Positions 31,088-52,670 of a stretch of DNA of 64,000 bases are shown one piece after another. This DNA comes from Blastocystis sp. Blastoise. Lineage: Eukaryota; Protista; Bigyra: Opalinata. Under the pieces are notes generated by a model, which was given only the letters and a program-made list of their open reading frames with translations, ran no database searches and had not been told where the DNA came from. The position numbers and the translations under genes are program-made. Each line of letters starts with the position of its first letter. Within the stretch, counting starts at the first letter, position 1. The stretch is taken from NCBI GenBank assembly GCA_039096225.1, contig JBBPEB010000033.1, forward strand, positions 186,001-250,000, given 5' to 3'.

Positions 31088-32348
31088 TCTATATAGTGGG
31101 TAGTTCTGCTCTAGATGGCGAAGGTTTCTCTTTGGATCTCGATACAACTACATTTCCTGAAAGTTTATATTTATACATATTATATTTATATTTATATTTA
31201 TTGTATTTATATTTATATTTATATATTTATATTTATTATATTTATATTTATATTTATATATTTATATATATAATTTATATTAATATATATAGAAACAATA
31301 ATAGATTACAGTACACGAAGTGACGTTCCTCAATTAAACTCAATTCACAAGGGGATTGTACAGAAAGTACTTGATTTTGGGGCTTTCGTTAAGGTATTAT
31401 ATATATGCATTATAGAATACTTCAAATTCATTTATATTCTTATTCTATTATTCTCTATCTACTTTTATAATAAATAGATTATTATATTTCTAAAAGACTC
31501 TTCTATTATATATATGATTATTATAATAATAATATCATTCCTATAGATCCGTGGTTATCCTATAGACGGTCTTGTATATAAAGAGGAATATATATATGAT
31601 CTGCCTCCTCCAAAACCCGATGACGAAGTGTTCGTCAAAGTTATTCGATTATTCGAAAAAGATGGAAAAACAAAGTATATAGTGTGATATATTAATATAT
31701 ATATACTTATATTATTATACATATTATACTTTTTATTTCTTATACTTATTAATAATAATATTTATATATAGAATAAGTTTATCTATTCGACGTGTGTCTC
31801 AAGACAAGGGAAAAGATCTAGATAGTAATCCAGGACAAGTATATATATATATAATTATATATGATTATATATTATTATATATGATTATATATAGAGCGAT
31901 TCTATATTTAAAATGTCTACAATACAATTGGATGCACAAAAGAATTGTGTTTGTTCAAGAGTATATATAAATAAATATATTATCTTTTCGTTATCTTTAT
32001 ATATATAATTATCTATTAATAAATTAATATATATTTATAGTGTGGTGTTAAAGGACATTTAGCTAGTGAATGTTTCGTGAATATAAACACGGGGAAAAAA
32101 TATGATCTAGTCGAAGACTCTGATATTGATTCTATTGTATATCTATTTATTATTTATATATTCTTATTATTTATATATTATAGGATGAAGATATTCAAGC
32201 GAAAGACAATCATAATGAAGATATCATGAAACCTACTAATAAAGGAAATAGTGTTCCTGAAAACAGAACACATTCTCATCATAAACATCACCATTCTTCT
32301 AGCAATGGCAGCACATCTCATCATCATCGTCGTCGTCATCATCATTAA
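30273..32348 (+). CDS. ZCCHC17: S1-domain plus CCHC zinc-knuckle protein (ZCCHC17/pNO40-like), 7 GT-AG introns
   Basis: Spliced product gives PQLNSIHKGIVQKVLDFGAFVK|IRGYPIDGLV...VFVKVI...KISLSIRRVSQDKGKDLD (S1) and CSR|CGVKGHLASEC (knuckle), with an RD/RS-rich N-terminus. Confidence 0.78.
30520..30695 (+). repeat. Coding tandem repeat, about 39 nt x4 (SRDHRDRYDDRNN)
   Basis: Direct repeats of agagatcatagagatcg...gatagaaata. Confidence 0.8.
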
Positions 32349-32693
32349 TAACAACTCATCAAATAACATGAAATAAACCCTCGCCCATTTTAACAATTTT
32401 CCACTTTTTTAATATTTATTGTTTTTAATTTATTTAAATTATTATTGCATTTAAATCAGCATTTTATTTTTATTCTTTATAATATAAATTATTTTATTAT
32501 GGATTTTTTGCATCATTTCTTATTAATTTAGAATTAGATTTCATAATTTATGTTAGCTATATTTTCATATTTTTAGAATATTCTTTTTTTTTTTTATTAT
32601 TTATACATATTTACAAAAAAAATCTGTTTTAAATATTATTTTTACTTCTATAATAATAAATAAAAAAGGAAAATATTAAAAAATAATAAAATC

Positions 32694-33460
32694 ATGCAGT
32701 TGCACCCATTTATTCATAATTCATTTAAATGTACCTTCAAAACATTCTTTAGTACATATATACCTCATATCAAAGGATCTATTCCAAAAGTAATTTCCAT
32801 ATATCAAAATAATTATTGTTTTTTCATATTTAGTATTCTCTAAACTCTCCAGTACTTCTTAAAGTTGGAGATTTCATGGAATATTCACGGAGCTATACAC
32901 ATGAAGATGTATCTCCATTATTTAAAGCAAATATCTATTATTTCTAAAGCTTGATAAATTTGCAGATCTTACGGGAGACATAAATCCAATACATATTATG
33001 AAAACAAACTCAAATAATGAACAAATAAAAACAATTGTTCATGGAATTCTCACAGGAAGCATGTTCAGTACATTATTTGGATATCAGGTATTTTTATACA
33101 TTTTTCTAAATTAATTTTATTATGAATTTTTTGTATTCTATTGAATTAAATATAGATTCCAGGAACAATTTATTTAAAACAGAATTTATTATTTCAGAAT
33201 ATTTTATATACTGATGAAGTTGTAACAGGTATTTATAAATAATTATAGTATAATAATTTTTATGCTTATTTCTAGCAAAAGTGATGGTAACAAGAATATT
33301 TTATGATAAACATATTTGTGTAGTTTCAACAGAATGTATTCGTGATTATGTATATATATATATGTATTCTATATATAATATATATATAATATATGAATAG
33401 GATAAAAAGAAAATAATCGATGGAACAGCATATATAAAAATTGATAATTTAATATCTTGA
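32694..33460 (+). CDS. MaoC-like hot-dog-fold dehydratase (HTD2/PhaJ-like), probably organelle-targeted; 5 introns; absent from ORF track
   Basis: Spliced product: LKVGDFMEYSRSYTHED|LDKFADLTGDINPIH...IVHGILTGSMFSTLFGYQ|IPGTIYLKQNLLF...IIDGTAYIKI, containing the hydratase motif D-x4-GD-x-NP-x-H. Confidence 0.85.
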
Positions 33461-33673
33461 TTTTGTAAAATAATTATTTTATAATATACTCTTTATCGTT
33501 GTTTTGTTTTTTATATAATAACATACTTTATAATTACTTGTTATATATTCTTCTATATATAAATATATTCTAAAAACAAAACATTTTTTTTAAACAAAAT
33601 ATAAAATAAGAAAAGAATCAAAAGTATTCATAAATCAAATAAAAAAAGTATACACTATATATATGTATATATT

Positions 33674-38034
<4,361 letters not shown>

Positions 38035-38621
38035 TGCATAAGTATGGTGAGATTAACACTACAAATAAATAAAAAAATAATATTTGTTTCTTAGTCTGAA
38101 AAGAAAATCAAAAGTCTTTCAGTCTTTTTTTTTTTAAATATATATTATATTTATTGTGATGAACTGTCCATTAATATTTTTGTAGTTTCATTAGTGTATT
38201 ATAAAATACCCACAGATAATACACAATAAATAATATATAAACTAAAAACAAAAAAAAATAAAGAGCACAACAAAACATAATAGTATACTATGTTAAAGCA
38301 AAATCAATAGATCGAAAAGAATGAATAATGAATTATTTTAAATTACAACAATTTATATAATAAATATTATGAAAAATACAAATGAAAAACATTATTACAA
38401 AAATAAATACAAAAATGTAATGAATAATATATATTATGAATTGAACAAGACCTATCTATAAAGAGCAAACGCAATGGAGATAAAACAATGAAAAATAAAA
38501 CAAGAAAAAGAGAAAAGAAAATAAGAAAGCACACAAAGCGTATGTATATATATAGTTATCTTATGAATAACGTATATATGAATATGTAGCAAACATCATA
38601 TCATATATCATAATAATCTGT

Positions 38622-40125
38622 TTAATAATAATGAGAGCGAGAATAACTACTACTACTGCTGCTACTACCAGTTCCTCTTCTACCATTATTATTATTATTA
38701 TTATTGTTATTGTTATTATTGTTGTTATTATTATTATTATTACGGTTATTCGTACCATTTCTTCTATAGCTTGAAGATCTTTGAGAGCTACGAGGTTGAC
38801 CGCCAAAACCGCCTCCAAATCCTCCAAAATTGAAAGGCATGCCGCCAAAGCCGCCGCCAAAGCCTCCTCCAAAGCCGCCATCATCATCATCATCATCATC
38901 ATAATAACTAGAAGATTGATTATAGCCACCAGGCATGCCATTATAATTAAAGCTGCTATTACCACCAGGCATACCATTAAAACTAAATTGTACATTACCT
39001 GGCATACCTCCAGCACCACCTCCAAACATACTAAAGAGTGAACTTAAATCAATATTACCGGGCATACCGCCAGACATATTACCCCCACCAAATCCACCTT
39101 GGAAGGGATTACCAGATTCAGGATCATTAGGATCTATACCCATATCAATAAGCTTCTTCTTTTCAGGATCCGATAATAACTGATAAGCTTCATTAATATC
39201 TTTAAACTTCTCCTCAGCCTGTTTCTTTGTTTCTTCATCTTTTCCAGCCATACGATCCGGATGGTATTTAAGAGCCATTTTACGATAAGCTTTCTTAATT
39301 TCTTCCTCAGTAGCAGATCGAGGAACACCAAGAATCTTATAGTAATCTTTCTTACTAGCAGCCTTTAAGAGACGATTACAATTATCTATTTCACTATCTG
39401 GATCTATATCCATAGAAACACCCGAGAAATCGGTTTTTAATTTATTTAAATCAGCAATAGCAGTCTTTAAGTTATCAGCATCACCTATAGCTTTATTAAT
39501 ACGAACACGACGAATATAGGCTTTATAATTATTATTATCAAGAGAAATAGCTTTATTAGCATAAGAAAGTGCATTTGTATTATCATTTAAACACATATAA
39601 CAAGCACTAATATTATTACATATAATACTGTTATAGACATTATTAAAGACATCAATATTCATTAAATGCTCATATTGAGGAATAGCTTCTTTATACTATA
39701 TATAGATATTCATAGAATTTAAAATATATAGATTATATATATATATTATATACTTGTTTTGATTTGAATAAATTATTCACTTTTTCCTTTTCAGTTATAA
39801 TCTTACGAACTCTCTTGATCTATATAAATATAATTATAATTATAATAATTATATTCTATATATATACTAATTGTTGTGCATATTTATAATCAGGATCATT
39901 TAATAAGAGACGACGGCATAAGTCTATACATTGTTCAGGCTCATTCATATAATATAAAGCAGTAGCTCTTAAATATAAGAGTACAGAAGAATAAGAAGGA
40001 TCATTTTCCTTTAAATAAGTACTAGTCATACTTAATACCTCTTGGAATTTACCTTGGTATATATAAGCCTATATATATATTTGTTAAGAATACAAATAAT
40101 AATAATAAAAATAAAAATAATAATA

Positions 40126-40160
<35 letters not shown>

Positions 40161-41154
40161 TAGTCTATATATACTTGCATAAGCATAACATGTAAGGAGA
40201 TATCTCCAGGCATAGAATCTAAGAGTCTACTAATACGTACATAGAAAGAATTAGCATCATTTCTATGTTGTTCACGATTACCATGCAATACACTCCAATC
40301 TTCTTCTTCTTCTTCTGAAAACATCTTAGTAGACATTGACATCAACTCACGTTTCTCATTACGAACTTGACAACATGTATTATATTCATCATTTAAAGGT
40401 TTATCGAAAGAATGATTGATTCTATAAGACTATAGAATAATAATAATAAGGAACGTCTAATGTTTATTTACTATTTTGATCGAAATATAATAATATATAT
40501 ATATATATATGTTTATCTATGAATAACTATATATATATATATATATATACATCAAGGAATGTGATAGCATCATCAACTTTACCACTTAAACGACAAGTAC
40601 TAGCGTATTTGGCATATCCTTTTGTGAAACTAGGATCTTTATCAATGGACTATAGAAAAACATAGATATGATTTAGAAAAATAATAAATATATAATAAAT
40701 ATATAAAAAAAAAATTAATAATAATAAATATAAAAAAATATGTATAAAAAATAATAATAATAAATATAAAAAAATAAATATAAAAAAAACAATAACTACA
40801 ATACATATGCATACAGTTTTGCAATCATTTAATGCATCATCATATTTTCCCATTTTACAATAGGTAGTAGCACGATTAGTATAATAAAAAGGATTATTGG
40901 GATCTATTCTAATAGCTTCAGAATAGTTTCGAATAGCATCTCTAAATAAATATAAATATAATTATAGAATACATAAAAATGATGAAAAAAAAAAGATTGT
41001 ATCAAATAGAAAAGAAATCATGAATATATACCTGTAGTTCTTCTTTAAGAAAGCATCGTTGCCTAATTTCTTATAGTTTTCGGCAGATGGATCTATATAA
41101 CAAGAGATTGAATAAAAAATGTAAAATAAACGACATACTTGTATTATAAGACAT
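38622..41154 (-). CDS. DNAJC7: TPR plus J-domain co-chaperone, DNAJC7/TPR2-like (7 introns)
   Basis: [12 protein letters not shown]...[11 protein letters not shown] repeats; KDYYKILGV...[12 protein letters not shown] domain; G/F-rich and Asn-rich tail. Confidence 0.88.
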
Positions 41155-41973
41155 ATTTTATTATTTGTAATTACTAAGAACGATATATAATAGTAACTTT
41201 TTATAATGTAAAGTTATTCTTATTTAATTAAAAATGGACGTGAAGCCAACAATAGAAATTTTTTCTAGAATATAAGAAGAAAAATGGAAGTTTCTATCCA
41301 TAATTCCCCATAGAAAAGAACTAGATTTGTTAGATATTCTAGAAGATAACCACTATTATTCTTTTTTTTGATTAATTGTGTTTTAAACATAGTAAGCAGT
41401 TTTTGTTGTTGAAAACATATCTATAGTCATCATCGATCCTCTTTTTAATTATTAAAGTGTTTTAAAAGTATATATTAATTAGTGGTGTTGATATAATATG
41501 GATCTTGTTCATTCAATGTCAAAATGCGAAGATATTTTTGTGAATTTAAACTATGAAATAGGATTATTCATGATGGTCAATAATAGTATACTTTTATTGT
41601 GCATGCTATTCTATTATCTAGTCAATATAAATACGAATGAGTACCTATGATTGGTTCATTTTTTCATAATATATGATTTTGCATTATTCTTCGTGTTTCT
41701 TTTTTTTCTAAATTCAAGATTGATGTCTTCTTACATATATAAATTAAAAATATAATAATAGAAAGTGAATAAATATATGAAACAAACAAAATAGAGATGT
41801 TCATCATTTACCTAAAAAGAACAATGAATGACAGAGAAATACAGAATTTAATTGATTTTTCAATCTATTTTATTAAAATATACATCCAGAAAGAATGGAA
41901 ATATAAACATAAAAACTAACAACACTTTTTTTATATATATTTATTTATTTATTAAGGTTAATTAGAGATGGAT

Positions 41974-43742
41974 TTAATACTGTTTAATAAGAACAGTTTC
42001 ACCACAGTTACATTGACATTGAGTAGGTGTACTAAAACACTTGCAATTCTCTTCAATACCTTGTTGTAAATACTCAATATTACAGAGATCCCCATTAATA
42101 TTGAATATATAATCTCTACAAGGAGTAGAGAGACTATTGTCCGAAGTATCCATAAAAGAAGTAATAGGGAAAGTCATAACATAAGTACCTGAAGTAAATG
42201 TATTACGAGGAGTAATAGTACAAACTTTTCCTTCACAGAGAACTTCTGTAGATAATACATTAATAGTGAATGAAGATTGAGCATTTGTGAATGTAATTAA
42301 TCCATTACGAGGTATAATATATTCACTAAAGGTAATAATAAACTTGGGATTTTGAGGAAGAGAGACAGATCCACTCTTAGGACTTATAGCAACAATATAA
42401 GGAGGTATAGTATCTATAGAGAATAATAAGTAAGATTTCAAGAAGGAAATGCAGTAAAATATTCTGGTAATATATATAAAATATATATGACTTTTTATTA
42501 ATAATAATAAATATAATAAATATAATAATAATAATAATAATGTTAATAATAATAATAAATATAATAAATATAATAATAATAATAAATATAATAAATATCC
42601 TTATATACCTCTAGCAGTATGGAATGTATATTCTCCTGCAGTAACAGCAAGAGAAGGAGTACCAACAGAGCTCTTAATAATACCTTTTGCTAATACTAAG
42701 TAATAATCCGTATTTCCTAATAATTCGAGATTGGAGAGAATAATAGATGTTCTAGAAGAGGATAAAGTGACAGAAGGAGAGGTTTGGACATCAAGAGTAA
42801 TAGTATAATGTTCTTTAGTAAGAGGAACTAAAGTAATCACCCCTTGACCAAGAGAAATGAAATCACTATATGTTATAGTAATAGATTTCTCAATAGAAAA
42901 AGAAGTTTCACCGTTGGTAGGAACGCTTTGAGAAGCATTGATCTCCGGTATTTCATCTATATATATATATTGATCATATTTTATTATTATCAATATATTG
43001 ATACATAATATATTTAGAGTATTTCATTTATTAACAATATAATAAATATATATATAATAAATAAATATATAATTAAATAAATAAATATATAATTAAATAA
43101 ATAAATATATAATTAAATAAATAAATATATAATTAAAAAAAATAAATAAATAATAAAAAAAAATATATATATACCAGCACAAGTTGTAAATTGAAGATAA
43201 GGTTTAGAAGATTCACCTACAGTAAAAGGAGTAGAAGAAATTCCATTCTTATCAATATCAACAATAGGAGTATTTAATCCAGTTCCAAAATAAAAACGAA
43301 CACGTGAATTAGCAGCAATAGAATGCTTTAAGATTTGATAAAGATCAATAGTTAATGTAGTTTCAGTAGTCTTTTGAACGTAATCGCTTTGAGTAAAAGC
43401 TACAGGTTGAGCATTATTGATTTGAATATAATAAAGAGGATTTGCATTACCAATAGCTTGAACAAAATTGAAAGGTTTGGTAAATGTGATAACAATAGAA
43501 GAATCTTGATTGACATCAATAGCATCATAAGCAGGAACGGTGCTAAAAACTAGGAAATCAGAACCTAAAGAAAGATATAAAAAATAGCAATAATATCATT
43601 TCATGTCTAGTTAAACTATATACTTATTGTGGTAGATCCAGATTGTTGAGCTAAAGCACAACTAGCAACTAAACAAATAATCAATGAAATATTTAAATGA
43701 AATTAAAATACATATAAAAAGAAGGATATAGAAGTTCATCAT
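41974..43742 (-). CDS. Secreted protein with three bacterial Ig-like (Big_5/SbsA-type) domains and a Cys-rich C-terminus (4 introns)
   Basis: Signal peptide MMNFYILLFIFASCALA|QQ. Three repeats of the pattern (D..PP)..S.P..G......I.ITFS...FTT, one per exon. C-terminal CKC...CQCNC. Confidence 0.7.
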
Positions 43743-44577
43743 TTCTATGGATATATTTGTTATAATATAGCTATAAGAAGAATCTTATTCAAATATGAAT
43801 AATTCAACAATTCTTTATGAAAACAGCGTCAAAGCTCCATACAAACGATAATTCTGAATAACACCATATATCCTCTGAAGAATATCAAATTCCCAAGAGA
43901 ACTCACTTTTTCTATGCATTTAGTAATCTGTCGTCTTCACTTCTAGTACCTTTTTTTTCCTGAATATTCATCATGTGAAAAAATTAAATTCGTCGATTTA
44001 TTGGATATTCTCCGTGAAACATCCAATAGATATGCTTCTAGACAACTAATAATCAAATAGTTGTCTTAAAAAAGGATCAACACCCAATAATCGTTACTCA
44101 TTCTCTTTGATTCATAAATAGTGTAGTATCTTAAAAATAAATATCATTAAGGTTATCAGAGGTTTCTTGATCTTTATCACTTGTTTAGTCGGAAATACTA
44201 GAAAATAGAATATAGATTGATGATTCACAATTTGATATTCAAATGAAGTATCAACTATATGTAATATTATTGATTTATACTATCTATATAAATAAGTGTA
44301 GTCATTTGAGCTTGAAGATGAAACTAAATACATAAGAAGACAGTTGTTTATTATGAATGGCTGGAAAAGAGTGGATAAAGGAAACCTAAACTTGTTTGTC
44401 CATAAAATAATAATGATGATGACTGTAAATTATAAAAATAAAAAAAATTATACTTATTGTATTTCAATATTTTAGGACAAAGCAAATTTTTATAAAAAAA
44501 GAAACGACAATCTGAAAAAATCACAATAATTTTTGGACATAGATTGAGAACTGATTATTTCTTTTAATTACGTTTTT

Positions 44578-46231
44578 ATGTTGAATCGAAAAGTAGCAAA
44601 GAAGATCTACTATTCCGTGGGATCAGAGAAGAATAGTTACAACGTTTCTTGGGTTTGTATTCTTTTTCCAATTATCATTGTTGCTGTTGGTTCTTTGTTG
44701 TTTATCGGAAAAACTACTCGTTATGACAATATACAGTCATACAATCAATATATCTCGAAATGGAACGATTATATATTTCCGGAACTTATAGAAAAGAAAT
44801 TTACTTTGTTTATTGAAGGAAAAATCTATGCTTTTTACACTGCAGCTAATGAAAATGGGAAATATTGGCCTGTTCGTGATGATTGTCAGCAATACAGAGA
44901 TCCTACAGAAGGTTGTTTAAATACTTATGATTTATTTTTTGATACATCGATCACATTAGCAAACACCGCAAGTGTAGTTTTATTAGAATCCAGTACTATT
45001 ATCAATCAAATGGATCTTTATCCTTCAAGGAATGAAACTTTATATCCTCATGACCTTGATTGTGAAACAACAAAGTATATATGAGTTGATGTTTATTTGT
45101 TATTTTTTTTATCGTTATAGTTATATATATTGTTTATTTGTTAATATTTTTTTGTTGTAGTTTTTTCACTATAGTTATATATATGCTTATTTGTTATTTT
45201 TTGTTGTTGTTTTTTCACTATAGTTATATACATTGTTTATTTGCTATTTTTTGTTTTTTTTTTCATTATATTTATATATATGCTTATTTGTTTTTTGTTG
45301 TTGTTGTTTTTTTCATTATATTTATATATATGCTTATTTGTTTTTTTTTTTGTTAACTACGATACTATTATACTTATATTGTAGTGAATGTCAAGTCAAA
45401 TGTACTTTATATCATGGATTATGGAATAATAAGAAGTCCGTATGTACCTATATTAGTTATTTAACATCGGCATGCTTTATACTCAAACAAAATGATCATT
45501 CTTATATAATAGATTATGATGCGTATATTTAGATTTATTATTGCTTATTATATTATTGTTGTTTATTATTTATTATATTATATATATTATATATCATATT
45601 ATCTAGTAAAGGTTGTATATATCATAATAATGAATGGAAAACTTATATATATAATTATGAGCCTTCATCTACTATTTCCATAAGAGTATTCATAATATAT
45701 ATATCTACATTAAATAACAATAGAATACTTTATAATATTATGAAATTATATATATATATATAGTTAAGATATAAAGAAGACCCCTATATGATTGCAGGAT
45801 CATTAACGGACGATTGTTCTACAATTTCTGAAGACAATAATCAGTATATTCTCCAATTATATACATATATATATATATTATATCTTCTTTATTTGTTCAA
45901 TCAATATACTTATATAACTATTAATTACCCATTTATTCTAGATGTTTTGGACTCTATGCAAATGCACAAGTCATTTTATCGCTTTTTATTCTTTGTTTAG
46001 GAACTCTTATTGCTCTATTAGAAATTATTGTATCTATTTATATATTTCTTTATTTTTATATTATTTTATATAGATCATTTGTGTATTTGCATCATTTTAT
46101 GATCAAAAGAAACAAATACACATTTGTACTTGTTGTCATAGGAAATGTAAGCATTCTTCTCATTATATCTATTTTAATTTATTATTATTTTTATAGGTGT
46201 TGTTAATAGAACTTGCTGTTGTCCTTTGTGA
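44578..46231 (+). CDS. Two-TM membrane protein with Cys-rich luminal loop and Cys-rich tail, function unknown (6 introns)
   Basis: In-frame GT-AG splicing; TM segments WVCILFPIIIVAVGSLLFI and VILSLFILCLGTLIALLEIIIICVF; ends NRTCCCPL*. Confidence 0.65.
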
Positions 46232-46922
46232 TTATTATTATTTTATCTATTATATATATATATATATTCATTTGAAAAATTAATCTTATTCTGTGTTCAG
46301 ATAAACAAACTTCACTTTCTAATGAAATTTATATATTACTTTCGTATATTCGTCTTTGTTTTTCGTCTTAATCTACTCTTGCAATATCTGTTTATCTTCC
46401 TTATTCTATTTTAGTTGTTTTTAATCAAATTTATCGTTCATATTCTTTTGTATACTCATTTTCTTTGTTTATCTTGGTTTTTAATGGAACTCTCAAGCTC
46501 ATCTATATATTAATAAATATAACAATGTTTCCTCTAGTCTCATACATTCATTGTGTATATAATACAAAAGAAACCACACTTTTTTTCTTTTTAAAACAAT
46601 AACAAAGGGAAAAAGAGCAAAATGTCAAACGAATATTCGTTTAGAAATATCAGAGATGAGGATTTGTGGAAATGAATGGCTATAAATACAAAATAAACAC
46701 AATAGATATTCATAATGTTCTGTCTCGCTGAACTTCTTTAAATTATGACTTTTATTATTGGGAATTTTGATGTCTTTTTAAAAACCGTGGAGATTATTTT
46801 TTTATAAGGGAATTCAAGAAAGATAATCAAAAGAATGTAACACAGTAATAATAATGTAATCTTTTTTTTAACTTTTTCTTATCGAATTCATATATTATCA
46901 TTTAATAAAAAGATTAATTCAA

Positions 46923-49505
<2,583 letters not shown>

Positions 49506-49809
49506 TTTCATATATAATATTCATTAACATGTTTCTTTCTTTTATTATACTCTTTTTCTTTACATAGTCTTTTTTTATATCTTGTCATCTATTTCTATAT
49601 CTTATAGTATTTAGTTCAATTGTATATATATATACTATTTTCGCTTAGCTTAGTTTCTTAAATATTATGATTCATATTCATTTATTCATATCAAAACAAA
49701 TACAAAAAACATATAAACATATATTCAACACCAATCACAAAAAATAAAAGAAAAGAAAACAATTAATAGAAATTACTGAATAAAACAATATACAAATAAA
49801 TAAACTAAA

Positions 49810-50075
49810 TTAATTTTCTTCTGCTTTCATATAAGAAGCAACTATTTGTAATTGTTGAGCAACATCTTCTTCTACCTAAATATTTTATAGATTTATTAAT
49901 TTAATTAAATTTTATATGATGTCAATATATGAATCAATATAAATACAAGTTGTTTATCATCTAAAGATTCTTGATTAACAGAAATGTTTTCTCCAATAAA
50001 AGTAGTAAGCTTCTTTAAAGCTTTAGAATTGTTGATTGACTTTGATTTTTTCACTTCAACGATAGAACAATACAT
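49810..50075 (-). CDS. Small (about 64 aa) two-exon protein of unknown function
   Basis: MYCSIVEVKKSKSINNSKALKKLTTFIGENISVNQESLDDKQL|VEEDVAQQLQIVASYMKAEEN* with a clean in-frame GTATTT...TTTAG intron. Confidence 0.6.
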
Positions 50076-50624
50076 TTAACTTGAGAATAAAAAGAAAAAG
50101 AAGAGAATTATTTAAAACAAAAAATAACCAAGAAACATTTGTTCTTCTTTTTTTTGTAAAAAAATAATCATGATTATTTTAAAAAGCGAAGACTATGGAA
50201 GAATATCCGAGAACCGTGGTTACTTCTCCTTTTCCTCTACTAAATCGATCTTCGATTTCATTGATTGAACGAATTTTATGTATAAGAATTATCCAATAAA
50301 CAAAAATATAGCCGTTTAACACCAAATGCATCATATTAATGAATCAAATGTTTCATTAATTTCTTTCCAACTAAATAGAAAATATAATATTTATTCTCTA
50401 TGTTTTTGGTTTCTACCGTGGGAAAGAATATAGAAAAATACCTAAAATGAAGGTTTAAAAGCTTCTATTTTATTTGTCAAATGGAGTGACGCATCTATTG
50501 ACACTCCATTCTTCGTTCTGACAAACTGTTTCTAAACCAAAAAGAATCGTCTGAGATATTTATATCTTAAATCGTTTACATATTTAATTTTGATTGATTA
50601 TACTTTTAGTTACTTTAATAAATA

Positions 50625-51968
50625 ATGAAAACTTCCATTTTAGCTGTACATGCCAGACAAATCTTCGATTCTCGTGGTAACCCAACCGTTGAAGTTGATG
50701 TTACTACTGAATTAGGTTTATTCAGAGCTGCTGTTCCTTCTGGTGCTTCTACTGGTATTTATGAAGCTCTTGAACTTCGTGATAAAGTAAAGAGTGAATA
50801 TATGGGTAAAGGTGTTAAGACTGCTGTCAAGAACGTCAATGAAATTATTGCTCCTGCTCTTCTTGGTATGGATCCTTGTGAACAAGAAGTTATTGATAAG
50901 AAGATGGTTGAAGAATTAGATGGAACTCAAAATGAATGGGGTTGGTGTAAATCTAAGCTTGGTGCTAATGCTATTTTAGGTGTTTCTCTTGCTATTTGCC
51001 GTGCTGCTGCTAAGGCTTCTGACTTACCTCTTTATGCTTATATTGCTAAGCTTGCTGGTAACAAGGAATTTATTATGCCTGTTCCTTCTTTTAATATTAT
51101 TAATGGAGGTTCTCATGCTGGTAATAAATTAGCTATGCAAGAATTTATGATTTTACCTGCTGGTGCTGAATCTTTCAGTGAAGCTCTTCGTATGGGTGTT
51201 GAAGTTTATCACAATCTTAAGGCTGTTATTAAAGCTAAATATGGTCAAGATGCTACTAACGTTGGTGATGAAGGTGGTTTTGCTCCTAATATTCTTTCTA
51301 ATGCTGAAGGTCTTGATTTAGTTGTTGAAGCTATTAAGAAGGCTGGATATGAAGGTAAGGTTTTCATTGGTATGGATGTTGCTGCTTCTGAATTCTTTAC
51401 TAAGGATGGTAGATATGATCTTGATTTCAAGGAAGCTAATAATGATGGTTCTCACGTTATTGATAAAGAAGCTTTATTACATATTTACAAGGATTTCATT
51501 GCTAAATATCCTATTATTACTATTGAAGATCCCTTTGAACAAGATGATTTTGAAGGTTGGAAGAAAATCACTAAAGATTGTGGTGAACAAATCCAAGTTG
51601 TTGGTGATGATCTTTTAGTTACTAATCCTCATCGTATTCAAAAGGCTATCGATGAAGATTTATGTAATGCTCTTCTCTTAAAGGTCAATCAAATTGGTAC
51701 AGTTACTGAATCTATTGAAGCTGTTCGTATGGCTAAGAGAGCTGGTTGGGCTGTTATGGCTTCTCATCGTTCTGGTGAAACTGAAGATAACTTCATTGCT
51801 GATTTAGCTGTTGGTCTTTCTACTGGTGAAATTAAGACTGGTGCTCCTTGTAGATCTGAACGTCTTGCTAAATACAATCAACTCTTACGTATTGAAGAAG
51901 AACTTCAAAGTAAGGGAGGTGTTAAATTCGCTGGACTCAACTACAGACATTGTACTGAACCTTTTTAA
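50625..51968 (+). CDS. ENO: Enolase, intronless, with EWGWC insertion
   Basis: [58 protein letters not shown] and [10 protein letters not shown] motifs. Confidence 0.98.
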   Translation: MKTSILAVHARQIFDSRGNPTVEVDVTTELGLFRAAVPSGASTGIYEALELRDKVKSEYMGKGVKTAVKNVNEIIAPALLGMDPCEQEVIDKKMVEELDGTQNEWGWCKSKLGANAILGVSLAICRAAAKASDLPLYAYIAKLAGNKEFIMPVPSFNIINGGSHAGNKLAMQEFMILPAGAESFSEALRMGVEVYHNLKAVIKAKYGQDATNVGDEGGFAPNILSNAEGLDLVVEAIKKAGYEGKVFIGMDVAASEFFTKDGRYDLDFKEANNDGSHVIDKEALLHIYKDFIAKYPIITIEDPFEQDDFEGWKKITKDCGEQIQVVGDDLLVTNPHRIQKAIDEDLCNALLLKVNQIGTVTESIEAVRMAKRAGWAVMASHRSGETEDNFIADLAVGLSTGEIKTGAPCRSERLAKYNQLLRIEEELQSKGGVKFAGLNYRHCTEPF

Positions 51969-52201
51969 ACTAGTTTTTAAAAATAAAAATTAATTCTTTA
52001 TGAAAAAAATATATGTGTATTATATTAGTGTGATATTCAACTTGAAATTATTTGTTTTGTTAGTTTTTTTTTTTTTTTTTAATTATTATATTTTTATTTA
52101 ATGTTTATCTGTATATTAATAATAGTACTTTTATTCATGTGAATAATAACACAATATAGAGGTATAAACAACAACTAATTTTTTTTTAACATAAGAAAAA
52201 G

Positions 52202-52623
52202 TTACTTTGCATGAGGATCAATTTGTTCATTTAATAAAACGTAAGAACGAGTACTAGCACCAAATATTATTTCATCTTGAACCTTTAATTCTATATATCG
52301 ACTAGATTCGATACGTTTGTTATTCAAGAAAGTTCCATTAGCACTATCTAAATCCATAATATAAGGTTTGATAACCATCTTTTTGAAATCTCCTTTATCA
52401 TTTGAATTTAGAGGTACTTTACGAAATTGAATAACAGCATGTTGTTTAGAAATCGAAGCGTGTTGCAATACTTTGTCACATACCTAAAATGAATAGAATT
52501 AATATATTATTATATATTATAATATAATTATAATATTTAATCGTATTTAGTATATATATAAATATATATACTCGATCATCTCTTCCAAATAAGAAAGCAG
52601 AACAACGATGTAAGTATAATGTA

Positions 52624-52670
<47 letters not shown>

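Noticed and set aside
32908-32949. GTATCTCC donor with AAG acceptor in the MaoC gene as a possible GT-AG U12 intron
   Set aside because: The donor deviates from GTATCCTT and no convincing CCTTAAC branch is present.
43680-43730. ATATCCTT U12-like donor in the Big_5 signal-peptide exon (would give an AT-AT intron)
   Set aside because: A canonical in-frame GTATTT...TTTAG intron gives an equally good signal peptide and is more parsimonious.
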